DNA from: Ophelia neglecta
Lineage: Eukaryota
NCBI GenBank assembly: GCA_965285935.1
Contig: OZ260664.1
Coordinates: 58,342,001-58,406,000 of the forward strand
Direction of reading: 5' to 3'
Length of the DNA stretch: 64,000 bases
Numbering within the stretch: the first letter of the stretch is position 1; each line of letters starts with the position of its first letter. Below are positions 50,081 through 63,831 of this stretch, in pieces. Below the pieces are notes generated by a model. The model searched no databases. It was not told the DNA's origin and saw only the letters and a program-made list of their open reading frames with translations. The position numbers and the translations under genes were made by a program.

Positions 50081-52174
50081 GTAAGTAATAACCACATTTA
50101 TTCAAATCAGTGTCAACATATTCAAATTCTAAATTAATTACGAAAGATATTTCCTTGGGGCAGTCTGGCCTTTTTCCACTAAGGTGCCAAACAGTTTGCC
50201 CCTGAATATTAGGTATATAAGAAAGCATCAATTGAGGCATGAGCATTAAAACGGGTCATACTCTTTTTGAAGAGTGCCACAGTGTTTATGAATCGCCTGC
50301 ATAGTCGCGATTCTATCGAATCATCAGATTTTGTTTATTTCTAGTCAGTATATGATTTGTACTTGTATGTGATTGTAGGTGGTTGGCATTTGTTCCTTCG
50401 TATTTACTTGGCATGTTGTTGTATTTAATACTGATTGAGACCACTAACGTTATAGAAATGGGACTCATTTTAAAGATTTTATTGTGTCATCCTGTTTTGT
50501 ATGAAATATTGTGCCAACAAAGGTATTTCCCATGTGCTGGGGTTTACTGCTGTAATATGCTTGCCTCCTTATTGGAGATTTTATGTGTTTTTATTCTTAT
50601 GAAATTAAAAATCAATCAATCAATAAATGAAATGGAGTCAAAGTGTTAAAATCTATAGATCCACCTTAGATGCCTAAGCTTATCATAAGTAAATAAATAT
50701 TAATTACTTTCAATAGTCAGTGATGAGAATAACCAATCAATAACAACTAACTTTATACTTAAGCCCCAAACTAATGCATATATACAGCAGAGAAGATTCA
50801 AAAGAGATTCTAGTAGGTGGCCTTAATTCTATATAAAACAGATAATTTATTCCTCCTTTGATTAATAGCTACTACAGTGGTGGACATTCACTTGTCAAAA
50901 TTCTTAGTGGCACAAACCAAGCCCAATGGACTCTTTTCATACATTAAAATTTAAATAACACCCAAAGGTAAGCTAAGTCCCAAACATGAAGTCCAAGGGC
51001 TTTTTTTCATTTGAATAATGTTATCCGCTGTATTCCAAGATTGTTCAAAATATCAGCGGCACAAGTAAAAAATCATCGGGAGCATTATATTTGCTGGATA
51101 ATGTAAGCTAAAGAAATCAAATGTTTGTGTATACTGTATACCACTGTTTTGGTGTTTAGTTGTTATTTGCACTTCCTGTTTAGAAAGCTTCACAGTATAC
51201 TGCATTTTTTCCAATGAAGCCACATGCAGAACAACACATGAGAGTGGTCCACAGTCAACAGACAGCTGACCAGAATTGTGCAATAAATCTTTTAAAAATT
51301 CATAAGCACATTAAAAGTGAATCGGTATGGGCAAAACCTTACTTAACATGTTTGAAAATATTTCATTTTGGATGGCATTAGACTTGCACAAGGTAGTCTT
51401 AGTGGTTTATGCAAGGCCTTTGCAGAAATGTACTGTCCTTATAGGATGTAGCATTACCATTGTGTCATTCAGTACATTGTAGAATGTCTTTCTTGTAAAT
51501 TTGAAGCTTAGATAAATTACATTAAACAGCTGTTAAACCATCTCAGTTTGTTATCACTTACTACAGGGGCTGGGGATATAGATCTCCATTTTGCCCATGC
51601 TGGCTTACATTATGTATACTTCATAGAATAATGTATTTAAAAGGTTTCTTACTCTACCTTTAAGACACAAAGTTTTCAAATATACTTGCCTGTATGTACA
51701 AATGATTTGGTCTGTGTCTTCCATTCGATTATAGAGAAACAACAGACTCAGTAACGAATCCAGTGCAATCCACAGTATCTGTTTCTGTGTTGAAACTTCA
51801 AAAGAGGCTTAGAGGTGTTTGTTGACATGGCTGGGACTGGAAGCCACAACCTTGCTGTACCTTTCCCTAGCCCAAAGATCCAAACACCCCAACCATCTCT
51901 GCTTCACCCCGACCCCAAAAAAGGTTGATTCAGTAGTCCTGACATAGTCCCTGTTTTATCCCCCTCTCAAAGTGTGCCAGGATTGAAGATATACAGGGGG
52001 AGGGGCTGATTTTTTGCCAGAACTGAGCTCATGCTCTGAAAGCAAACACTGGCTGTCAGATCATGATTTAACAAAGCCTTGCAAAAAATAATCGGCAAAT
52101 TATTAAGTGCTAACGACAAAATAATTAGCCAATAGTTACGTTGAGATCTGTCTCATGTTGGCTGGGTTCTATCA

Positions 52175-52417
52175 TTCTGTCCTACTGCACATTCTGGCCA
52201 CGCAAGGTATTTCAGGGGTAGTATTAGGAATGGTCAACCCGATGTCAGTATAATATGGCTGGGAGGGGTTCCCTGTCTGGTGTCTATGGCAGGTACTCCA
52301 GTGAGGCAGCACTATAAAGAGGGCGTTTAGCCCAATGTCACAAGTAGGCACTGTGGTGATATGACCATATTTAGGTGTTTGAAGCCTCGTAAAAACCCCA
52401 AACAACCAACCAACCAC
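52175..52417 (+). mobile_element. 5'-truncated SINE (MetaSINE-like central/3' domain) with (CAAC)n tail
   Basis: Contains GATGTCAGTATAATATGGCTGGG...CTCCAGTGAGGCAGCACTATAAAG...CAAGTAGGCACTGTGGTGATATGAC...GTAAAAACCCCAAACAACCAACCAACC, resembling widespread lophotrochozoan SINEs as recalled. Confidence 0.7.
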
Positions 52418-54117
52418 ATAGCCACCAGTGGGAGAGACCAGTGGGAGACACCAGCATAGCCCATGGTAGACAGCTCACCTCTCCACATAGTGGAGACCCC
52501 AGCGTAGCCTCATGGTAGCTTTAGCTTACTTCCTTGTGTTCATCAATAATATTTGAGTAGGCACTTATTAAGGATTTTTGACATTTAATTAGCTGGCTGG
52601 AAAATAAAGAGCTGCGTTTCCTGTGGCATGCGTATACATTGTGTAAAAACATGCCAATGATTGACTTATTAATCACACTACCATGTGATGCTATATTTTG
52701 GAGTCCACTTAGCACCACCCATTATGCTTCTTTTTTGAGATGCATGATATATACAGTGGTCCCAAGACATCATGCTCATCTTTGACCCTCATGGTATACC
52801 TCCAGTTGGACTGTGATGAGATTCAAGCCGTGTAGGGTAATCTGTTTCATTCCTTTAAAACCACCAATACAAACAGTGAAATAAATGTTATTTTGCATAT
52901 TATTTTTTTGTAAAATGAAAGAAAATATTAAAAAATATGTTTAAAATGTGGCAAAAGTTAGCCTCTGGTAGCATTTGCATCATTTGGCAGCACTTAATAT
53001 GCCTGAAATATTGAGCATGCCAAAATGTCTATTCACATTTATTTTGTGTTTTATGATATACATGTCCTGTCTTCCTTGAAATAGATACTAGTATACTTAA
53101 TTTCTTAGGACCATTTTATAAACTTGTTGTGCATGTCGTGACTCAGAAATTACTATGTACACAAACTGGCACTGTCAATATATCATGTAGTAGCCATTCC
53201 TTTGGCTGTCTACTTTGTCTGAAGTCAATATTCTGACAGAGCCAAGGTCCCACGAAGAACATTTAAATGTGTGCACAGGGCTGTGTAATTTGTTTGTCCT
53301 AAAGAGTTTTTAAGTGTCATGGGCAAAACCCCCATGCCATTGTGGCAGAATGTGCCCTAAGACCGGTGATGCAATTGACATGAAAATTTTAGGAAGTACT
53401 GATGAAATGTGAGCAAACTGCATACCAATGTGAGTTTTTTTTTAATTTGAAATTAAATTAGTTTTATGTTCGGCGCAAAAATGAATATTTTTCCAACTAA
53501 AACATCCTTATGTGCAAGGTGAGAAAATTGAAGGAAGAGGGGAATCAATGATTATCTATATGAATCCAATGTCTTGTTACCGGTTTTTTCAACATTTTGG
53601 CCGGGATGCAGCGAAAGCACTGGGATCCCCCAGTACTTTACATGCACTCATAATAATGCGTCCATGCATACTATTGCTCATATATTTTGCATGGGTTTCT
53701 ATTTTGTGTGGCATAAGGCTGAGGCTGAAAAGGCATGTTAAGAACTACAATTAAAACACTGTGTAATTTGAATTCTTATTGGTTTTTTAATTAAAATCAC
53801 TGAGGTAAGAGAAGCAGTGCTGTTTTATAAGTATTATAATATTATGTTTGGAACTTTGACAGAATGTTAACTGGCTAAATATCTTATGCTTTAAGTTTTC
53901 CTTTTTTTTTCAGTAGAGTAGTCCAGTCACTATGTACTCCCTTTCTCCTGCCTGGAGTATATCATTGGAATGACCGGCACACCAAATCTTGTTTGATAAA
54001 CATTTTGTGTTCTAAACCAAGAAGCGCATGTATTTATGGGCTGTTTGTCCATTCATGCGAATAAGTTGATAAACAAGGAAGAAGACGAAAGGAAAGTAAA
54101 ATAAGGAACTGCTAATC

Positions 54118-57100
54118 ATGGCGGGAAATGATGTCATAAAACTTTCATACATGCAAAAACGTGCTCAGATGAGGAGCAGATTCACAACAGAAAATTATAA
54201 ACACAGATGGTTTGTGCTGACTAAAGAAAAGTTAACGTACCATGATGGCGGATGTGACGTAAGTTGAATGTTTTCTGTGAGAAGAGGTTTTCCTTCTTCT
54301 TCGATGTCCTGTCATTATGAATTGCATAGTAGTAGAACTATTTAATGTTGTTGAAATTGGGGCATCTAATAAATCAGTCCGTGAATATGAAACTTATCAA
54401 TAACAGTATGTGAACCCTACATAAATTAATAAGATAAAACAATTAACATAATTTGTATGATGTATGTATGCAGTTAAGATTCATGATTATAACTTTTTCC
54501 TCCAGGACCTGAAACCTGGGAAAGCAAAGGGCAATCCTATCCTTATGTCATCAATTAAGGCCGTAGAAAAAGTAGAGGCAGAAGCTGTTGGCAATAAACC
54601 AAATGCATTTCAGGTAACTGAATGGTTTGTTTAATTTGAAAATAGCTTCATTAAGGATTGCCAGAAGTTAACTTGGCTAACTATTACAGTGTTAGGTTAG
54701 CTTTTTTTTACTCTTTCAAGCTAGCCAGACCAAGTTTGTGGTAAAGCATGTGGTTTCAAGATGGTGGAGCTACTAATTCATCAACATAATTAATGGCTTA
54801 AGGTGGGGTGGAGTGAGTGTGCCTCAAAACACAACACTCGAGTGCACTTCAACAGAATTTCTGAAGTATATCTCTGAAGTTCAAATGTCCTTAAGGAGGG
54901 ACCTCTGAAAACTCTTGCTAAAGTCCCCTCCCTATTTCCATTTTTGGACTTTTAAATATCTGATTTGAGTTCTAAAAATTTGCTCACCTAATTCCTTGTT
55001 TTCTGACTAAACTGTTATGTGCCTCTGTGGTAGGCCTATGCTTTTGCCTGCTGGAAGAATATGGTTCCATCTCTAAAACACTCTAAACATTTTCATATAG
55101 ATATGGTGCCTAAAGCATTTGGGCAAAAACATCAATTCCTCCCTTGAGACTATATTACATCAACCATGTGTCATGATAGTGTGATGGCACAGGAAAAAGA
55201 GTCCCCAGATTTAAAAGGGTTTACAAACAATTACATTTTCAAATTAGCTTTATCATTGAAGGAATTTTATTCGGTCCCCAATCTTTTATTGACTAAGAGC
55301 TACTAAGCCTAGAAGAAAATACACATAAGCTGATACTGTTTTTTGTTCCAACCACTTTCAATGGTGTACAAAGACCAATGTTAACTTGCTGAATATATCA
55401 AATACCTGTAGGCGGCTAATCACGAGCTACCAAACGAGGAGCACCCAGGGAGCTCAATGGTCATGAGTCAATGGGGTCAGTAGGTATGTGTATATTATTA
55501 TAAGGACAGCTGTATGTCTGGGGTTATTGAGGATAGCAGGCATGGAAAAGAGTCTTAAGAAATGCCAAAATGGCACAAAATGGCCCAAGCCTATGAGACC
55601 CAATTGAACCAACTCGGTTGGTCTATTATATTATAGAGCAAAACATTGTCAATAGTGCTATTCTCCCATTTTTTACACCATTTTTGTCCTTGACTGGCAT
55701 CACAGGACTGTTGAAATGATTATTGAACATAATAGAAAGTCGGGCACTTGTCCTTATCAAGCGCATGAATGAAAAATTCAACTGTCGATTAAATGGAAAT
55801 GTTTGTTGATGGTCAGCAGTATCAGATGGTTTCTTTTCCAAGTTGAAGCTATGAATTTGCTTTGCTTTTGCAAAATAAAAGATACTTTGGATAAAAATAT
55901 AACTATTGATACTTTAATACTGTGACGTCTGGCTGCTTATCCTTGGAATTTTGAAGTGTTCGTCGTACCTTCTTCTCGCCGGAGAGTGCATGGCTTCTGC
56001 TGATCTTTCTCTGGGCCTATTCCTATCCTCTCCTTGCCTTGGTGCCCTTGGTGGTGATTTGTTGCTTGTTGGTTGAGTTTCTCTTGACGTTACCCTGTCT
56101 TCCTCTGGTGTCTTCAATCTTTTATTAAGGGAGGATGATGGTGCCGCTATACCCTGCCCTTTCTCCACAGAACCCGATGACAGAGACGACCCTGATGAGG
56201 ACGATGAGGAAGATGAGGATGACGACGATCGTGCCCTTTTCTGTGATGGGGGTTGGTGTGGGGTTTGATCCTGCACCACAGGCATGTTGAGGATATGTCT
56301 TACCGTACTGGTAAGCATACCTCCCCTCAACTCATCCTCTATCAAGCCGGCGAACCTGTTGTTAACGGCTCTAAATGCCTCTCCTTGCACCTTTAACTGC
56401 TCAAGTAGCATGCCCTGCTGGGTGTTCAGGCACTGCACAACTCCCTTCAGCTGGTCTATACTGGCCGCAAAGGTGCTGGCCATAGTTGTGAGGGCCTCCC
56501 TGTTCGCCTGAACCTCCCTTCTCAACTCCTCCACTGTGGGTGCCAGTGGTGCAAGGCTTCCCGCCATGGTTTTGAGCACGGAGGTGGCTTCGGCATGGTA
56601 CTGGTTGCCTGACATTCCAGTGTGGTAGGCATCCAGGCTCCTCCGCATCTCGGCAAGTTCCCCACCGACGATTCCAAGCTTCGTGGAAAGCATGTGGGCT
56701 GACTGGTCGGCAACAGGCCTGAGCCTATTGCCGCCACAATGGCGCTGGTCACGCTTGTGATCGACACTCGCACGCTGTCCCTCACGACAGACTTGATGAG
56801 CTCTGTTGCCCCAAGGTTTAGTGCTCCCCCAGATGGGCTGCCTTCCTGTGGTGCAATGTCTGCGAGGCCATCCTTGCCGATCTCCTGGAGGTGGCGGGCG
56901 CAATTCAACAAGCCCTCAGGGGGGGGGGGGTATTGATGAGCTTATGAGATCTGCAATGTCTGGCTCCGCGGCCATCTCTATGGGCAACTGAGCCTCGCTG
57001 ACGGGGGTCTGGGCCATCCTGGCCCCTGTGGCCGGGGCGGGGTCTCCTATACAACCCGACACACTCATGGATGTGTCAGTGACCCCCATTATGGTTGAGC

Positions 57101-60100
57101 GGTTCCCCGGTACCACAGGGGTGGCGTTGCCTGTCCCCGCAGCGAAACTCTTCAGTGCTGCCTCTCCACCCTCACTGTTTTTCCGGACACTCCTGTCCAC
57201 CTGCGTATCAGCGGCAGTTGTGCAGTCTTCTTTTCTAGTGTTACTGCGGCTTCTCCTCTCCCCTGTTCTCCTCCTTCTGTTGCTGCTGCTCCTCCTTCTC
57301 CTCCTCCTTTTCTCAGTAGTATGATTAATGAATGATTTCATTTTGTTATGTATATAACAAAATGAAATCATTCATTAATCATACTTATCTATCATTTAGT
57401 TAGGTATCCAACACAAATGTGTAATTTAATTCAATTATTTCCTGGTAATAATCTTGCCTGTTGCTACATGCGCAAACTGATTATATGTGATGATTGATCA
57501 GTTATGTACAACCAATGATATAAATGGGGAAAAGGTCTAATAAAAGGGCAGTTTAGGAAATACTAGATAAAGGAGGCAGTATTATGAAATTTATGCAATA
57601 TTCAAGCATGACTGATGCAGATAGTGAACCTGTGCAATTTTTCGGAACACAAATCTGACATTTAGAAAAGTGATCACTATACTTGTAATATAGTATATAC
57701 TGTTTTATAGTTCTATTTGGGTAGTAAATAGTTATACTATTGATATTTGGGACCTACTAGTATGCTCTGTACTTGTGATTGCTAAAATACTGTTACTTAT
57801 ATATTACTGTTATCAATCATGATTGGCTTGCCTATATGGATCTGAAATTCTTAAGTACATGTAACTATGAATGTTTTGGTACAACTCAAGAAATAAATAA
57901 ATATATATATAAATATATACCCTGATGAATGGCTGGCTAAGCCAGTTATGAAACTTGAAGTAGGAACAAAGATGAGCAATATTTGAGATTGTTTTGTTTT
58001 TATTTATTTATTTATTTATATAAATATATATATATATTACCTGCAGATTGTGTAAAATAAACTTATCAGGGCCACCTTTATGTAGGACTTCTTACAGGCC
58101 ATTCTCTTTTTCCTTTTATTGTTATGAATTTTTCCGAAATCCAACGTATGCCGTTACACATATTTTTATCATAATTATTTGCCATCATAAATGTTAAGTA
58201 GGAGAAGTTTCCATAGTCGAAAATTGCAGTCTTAGAACATTATACTATTAACTTTGAAGAGAGTTTGAAGCTAAGACTGGATATTGACATGGCCTCACTT
58301 GATTGGCTAGCGTATGCATTATAAATGTACATATATACTGGCAATAAAGTAGGTCTCTGATTTATAGCACTCCCATGATATATTTGAAAACTGTGCAACA
58401 GTGGTGAATTGTGTAAATTCTCAAGGAGTAGTAGTGATATATGGTGATTCCACCCTCAGGTGCGTGAGGGGGGGGGGGGGGTTACACATGTTTGTTACCA
58501 AAAATTAGTAGTCCAAACACACATATATAATAGGTAAATGCTGACTGCTGCCTGTTTTATACATTTAGCTTCCCTTGTACAGTAACAAGATAATGCTGTT
58601 ATAAATAGTGCAAACAAGGAAGTTTAAAGTGGTGGATTCAGTATGTACGTGCATATTTAATTGTGTCAACTTGCTTGAAAATAATTGGACTGATAATATA
58701 GACAGGCTTAGGACTAGAGGTGATCATACTGTATAGATAAATAAGTGAGGAGAGTCACATATATTGTGATCATATTAGGTAGCCATGAATGTACAAAGCT
58801 GTGAAAACATATATAATATGTGAATAAACATACCTTTATAAATAATCAATATTATTTTTGTATAAATCTTGTATATATATATATATGGATACATATTTGC
58901 TATTATTTTGAGAGCAAGTGGCCAAGTGATCCACTTTTACATACAATAGACATATAATGCCTATATACATATACAGTGTATTGACATCTGTATAGACATG
59001 TATATAAACATGTATATTAACATATATATATATATATAATGCCTTTATACCTATACAGTGTATGGACATGAAGACACCCCTTATAAATGGTGGCTAAATG
59101 ATTTACCAAAAACTTGCTGGATTTCAGGTTTTCAGACAAATTGATCATACTGGCTAGTGAATGCCTCCAAAAATGCAAGCTATCAAACAGCAGTGCCTAT
59201 GTCAAGATAGCTCTGACACAACATTATTGTACTTTGTCCTGTCTGTCCTGCATATTACTCAGGAGGAAGCCTTTCTAACAACATCACATTATATCAGATA
59301 TATCAGACAACTGACCAATGTAGCTCCATCTGCTGTAAACCCAAAGCTCCTGAGCCATGAGCAGTTAGTGCATATGCCAAAAGGGCTCATACATGTATTT
59401 CCCATTGGCCCAGAAATAACTGGCAAGCACTATACTCTTTTATGTATTATAATTATTTTTGTAAAACATTGATGAAGCACCTTTCCAAAAGTATCTCGAA
59501 GGGCTGTACATATATACATAAACATGGTATGCTAAATATATAATATGGATTATTCCATACAAAAGTTAAAAACATTTCTTGTTACAAAAAGGTAAAACTT
59601 ACTGATGTGCAAAATAATAAGACTTAAATTGATACAGATAACAATACATGAGAGATAAATCTTTATGAATTTATAAAAACGACTACACTAATGATATGCC
59701 TGTATGCTTTATATCATAAGGACACCTGGATAAGCATTTCTTTAGTTTGGATTTAAAATACATACAGTTAAACTCTGACTAGATCTTAAGTCATATGAGA
59801 GTTCCAAAGAGCTGATACACTAGTGGTAAACCTGCATGAGCCATATGTTACTGCCCTCGACCTAACATATATTTTACCTCTTCCTGGCTCGAGTCACACA
59901 ATCATAATAGCCAGGTTTTCTGCTCTCTGATCGAAGCTCTGAGTGGTCTTCACAAATGTAGCGAATTTTTTGAGCACAGCGCTTGTTGCTGGTCCCTGTC
60001 ACTGTCTTGAATCCTTGATTTGGTCCTACTGAACAGGTGGACTTGAATTTGAATCAGGTGTACAGAAGTTGACCCTGTTGTCATAAGAGATGAGTAGGCC

Positions 60101-63100
60101 CTGGGATGAATGACACGAGATCTCTGCCCCTCTCTCCCCCTCTCTCCCCCACCCCTACCCCTCTTGGGCAGTTTGGGAAGAAATACACTCCTTGTGTGGT
60201 CTTAAAGTACCAGAAGTTGCCTATTATCTTAGTGATTTAATCACACACAAAATTAATATTAACTTATGATGGTAACCTGTGCATGCTGTGGGAGAGTTAA
60301 GTAAGTTACCAGAGTTTGTTTGTATAATGGTAGAATTGATAGGTAACCAGACACTGAAGTGCCTATAGATGATCTTGTACAGTGTTCATATTTGCTATTA
60401 TTTGGAGAGCAATAAAGGTCAGCAACGAAAGGAGGTGTGCGTAAGGTATGTCTTCCCTGAAGCTCTGTCGGGGACCGATGGGTCAGAAATCCTGATGAAT
60501 GCTGTTCACACCATGTATAGTCTTAGACCGGTCAACACTGTCCAAGCTAGCAGTTCACAGTTAGCGATCTCAGCAATGGGTGTGAAAGAATACTAAAAAA
60601 GAAATAATGAATACACTTGTTCATTGAAACTTGATATGGCCAAGTGATCCACTTTTATCTAAGCTGAATGAATTATTACATGGAACCTTTGAAAAAGAAT
60701 ACTCTATGTATTAAACTGCTTTTTCCTTTATTAAGTCTAGTGTCTTTATTATTTGTAGATTGTGTATAAAGATGAAAAACTTGGAGAGACCTTCATTTTG
60801 TATATAGTGGCAGTAACTGAAGAAGACCAAACTGAATGGATCAAAGTACTTAAAAAAAGTAGGTTTATGTTCTACTTTTCTATATACATCAGACATTACA
60901 TTTTGACCTGATCACAAAAGCAGGATGGCCAGCACAATTTGTTGGGTAAAATGAATCGAATCTGAATCTCGACATCGGCCGATCATATAGAATCCTCAGA
61001 TTTGACCTTGGTGCCCTTTTTCAAGGTCATTTCACTAAAATCATGATTTCTGCCTTCACTTTAACAGCGAGCACCCAAATCCAAAATGGTAACCTATATG
61101 AAAGTATTTCTTGGGCAATGGATACCACAGATGTCTATACTTGGACTTCAGGATAGAGAATAATTTGACAAAAATATATTGCATTTTATTCCATTCCTTC
61201 CCTGTCCCGTACTGATAAATTCAATAAGTTTGAATACTATTAATTATTTATTAGCTGCTAAAATTTTGGGTAATTGAATGAAATTTCACTTTAATCACTA
61301 AAATGAGCACATTATAACTTGCTAAAGACTAAAAAACCGTCAGTTACCAGTAATCAATGATTTTTTTACATAAATTGCCATTATTCATTAATAACTAAAC
61401 CCCATCCAACCCCACAAACACATTTATGTAAGGGATGTCATCAAATTATCAATGTGTAGCAAAAGAGGAACATTGCTTTTTTCTTTCCAGACCCTCCTTC
61501 ACCCCCTAAAAGAAAAAAAAAAAGAAAAAAAAGATTTTTTATTTGGTTTTCAACATTTTTAATAGGTCTCACTTTAGGTGAAATTTAGGCTGTCCCTAGA
61601 TTTGGATAATTGGCATTTAAAACAAGAAAATGAAGTAGTTTTATTCAATAAGTAGTTGACCAAGCATACTTGATATAGATCTAGGCTTTTAAACTTGTAT
61701 TTTGTCCAGTTCAGAAAGCCATAATCCCTTGGCCACGATCGACAGCAGCAGGTTTGGATCACAGCCAAAATCCATTTCATTCAAGATAATAATGGCACGG
61801 AAAATCTTCTTCATAATACAGATTTTTCCTGCTGTTTTAAGTGCAAAATAACCATCTAGTAATTTGTAGTCAGCAGGGCATTTTTATATCATTAATCAGA
61901 AAGAAAGAATGTGGAACGAATTACCTTAAAGTATGAACTTATTTTTATTATGACATCACATAATATGAAGCATGATGTCCTCATGCTAAGCTTGTCCTAG
62001 CCATCATGAAGAGATCAAGTAGGGTAAAGAGGATGGTAAGTTGATGAGGGTGTGTATGTAATGCAATTATTGAAAGTTATAACTGGCAAATTACTTGCCC
62101 AATGTCTAATTTATTTGTTGATTATGCCAAAAATTTGAAATTTTCTAGTTAAGTCAATATATAGTGCCTTCGATTTTTGCAAACAAAGTTTAAATTATTC
62201 TCTTCATTCGACATCTGCCTATGACCAGTCTTATAGGCTGGGGCCTGAAATTAAAATTGTGGGCATGCAACTGATTTCATATAGATACGACAAATTTGAG
62301 GTGTTACACCAGGTATAACTGATATATACACATACAACCTCTACCTTTCTTTTCTTGTTAAACATTCTGCACCCATGTATGCATGTGTACACCTATAATC
62401 AGGTGTCTACCTAGGGCAATATTTGAGCGGGCAAAAAAAATCTAACATTCTTAAAATTAGTACAATATTTCAACACCAGTACCCAAAATGTGCAACAATT
62501 CACATGTAGTGATTCGTAAGATAAAGAAACTCCCCTTTCGGAAATATAAATGAGATTTTGCAAATCCAGTGAGTAAATATCCCCATGTCTTTCGAAAGCC
62601 CCATCTTTCTCCCTAGTGTGATCTTTGTATAACTGGTATGTCTGGTAGCCTTTGAAGCTTTCTCATCTGACAAGATGAAAACAAGACATGTTACCAGCTC
62701 TGGAGTAATAAAACTATAATATTCACTCTCCTTATTGCCAGCTGCACAAGACAAGAATGCCAGTTTCAATGACAAGCATCACTGTGGAAGTTGGGACACA
62801 AAGAAAGGACACTACACATGTTGTAGTAGTATCAACAAGAGAGACGAAGGATGTGTGAATTGTACAAACGGCACTCCTCAAAGCAATAACCCTACATTTG
62901 GTTAGTAGTATACTTAACATTAACAAATTACTGATGTCATACCCTTCAATCTTGACCAATTCACAAACAGAAAGCTTTCATGTTAAGAATCCTGTGTATG
63001 ACATAGATAGGTGTCAAAGAGGTGATGGATTAATCCTATGTATTTATATGTAATATTTCAATGGTTAGGCATTTATTTATATGTTGGACACTTTTTGGTA

Positions 63101-63831
63101 TCCTGAACCTACTTGTAATTTACTATTTTTTGTTAGCATTTAGGTGGAAAAAGATTTACAAAGGGCAATAAAAACAAAAACTATATAGTATAATTAAAAC
63201 ACCATACATGAAGCTATGTGTATTTGGCCACCATTCAACTCTGAGATGTGATTTACTGGTACACATGCTTCAGGTCTGGTTTAATACTGGCCCAAAAAGT
63301 GTTTCAACATTGACAAAAAAAGGAAGTCACATGTTCAGCAGTGTCAATTGTGTTCTATGATATTGTAGTTAGCTCTGCACACAATGGACAAGTATTGCCA
63401 GTCAGGGGGGAAGACAACAGTAACAAGTCATCTCCACAAGGCTATAGTCAGAGCCGAAAGCTGCCCCCTCCACCAGTAGCAGCTAAACCAGGGGTAAGCT
63501 GATAACTTATATAGTGTATAATGATTTATTGACACTCTCCCTCTGTGTGCCCTGTTATGTAGTATTAATAGATAAGGTACTTCAGTCATATATAGCACAG
63601 TCTGACTCTATGGTTTATTATTATGGCTGACATGTTATAAACATTAGGGATAGATTGGTTTTGTCACCTGCAAATTTTACCGGGCATAACTTGGTACCCT
63701 GTTTAGTGCAGTGATCATTGAGGGCAATACCTGTAGCTTATAGACAATCTGTGATGTTTCAGAACCAGGATAAAGTCCTGGCATTATATAACTACACGAA
63801 GGCAGAAGAAGGGGATCTTGAACTTGTAAAG
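54118..63831 (+). CDS. Tec/Btk-family non-receptor tyrosine kinase, 5' part (PH, Btk zinc motif, proline-rich region, start of SH3); continues beyond the window
   Basis: Frame-consistent exons 54118-54258 (MAGNDVIKLSYMQKRAQMRSRFTTENYKHRWFVLTKEKLTY), 54506-54613 (...IKAVEKVE...NAFQ), 60759-60858 (IVYKDE...LYIVAVTEEDQTEWIKVLKK), 62742-62900 (KHHCGSWDTKKGHYTCCSSINKRDEGC, Btk motif), 63369-63493 (RKLPPPP), 63763-63831 (KVLALYNYTKAEEGDLELVK, SH3). This domain order is diagnostic of Tec kinases (Btk29A-like). Confidence 0.93.
55914..57317 (-). pseudogene. Disrupted, intronless, GC-rich orphan coding sequence (disordered N-part, helical/coiled-coil core, Ser/Arg-rich tail), antisense in Tec intron 2; probably TE- or virus-derived
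   Basis: Three overlapping ORFs (57371-56916, 56911-56522, 56903-55914) join into one protein-like sequence with a frameshift at the G12 run 56919-56930 and a compensating shift near 56700. GC and CpG content are visibly higher than in the surrounding intron. No recognisable domain. Confidence 0.6.
57318..57385. repeat. Perfect inverted repeat (32-bp arms, 4-nt loop)
   Basis: AGTATGATTAATGAATGATTTCATTTTGTTAT (57318-57349) - GTAT - ATAACAAAATGAAATCATTCATTAATCATACT (57354-57385). Confidence 0.95.
59450..59870 (-). mobile_element. Degenerate 3' remnant of an L2/CR1-clade LINE
   Basis: The minus strand encodes broken VTYGSCRFTTSVSALWNS...DLRSSQSL...FKSKLKKCL, like the C-terminal TYGxRxF..LWNxLP..FKxxLKTxL motif of L2/CR1 ORF2, followed by a typical 3' tail segment. 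Confidence 0.55.

Noticed and set aside
56904-56918. Read-through or selenocysteine at the TGA joining two same-frame ORFs
   Set aside because: The alternative frame between 56911 and ~56700 looks much more protein-like, so compensating frameshifts explain it better; no SECIS was recognised.
60369-60596. 75-aa ORF as the missing Tec PH exon
   Set aside because: The true exon is 60759-60858, which has the right phases and the PH C-terminal Trp helix.
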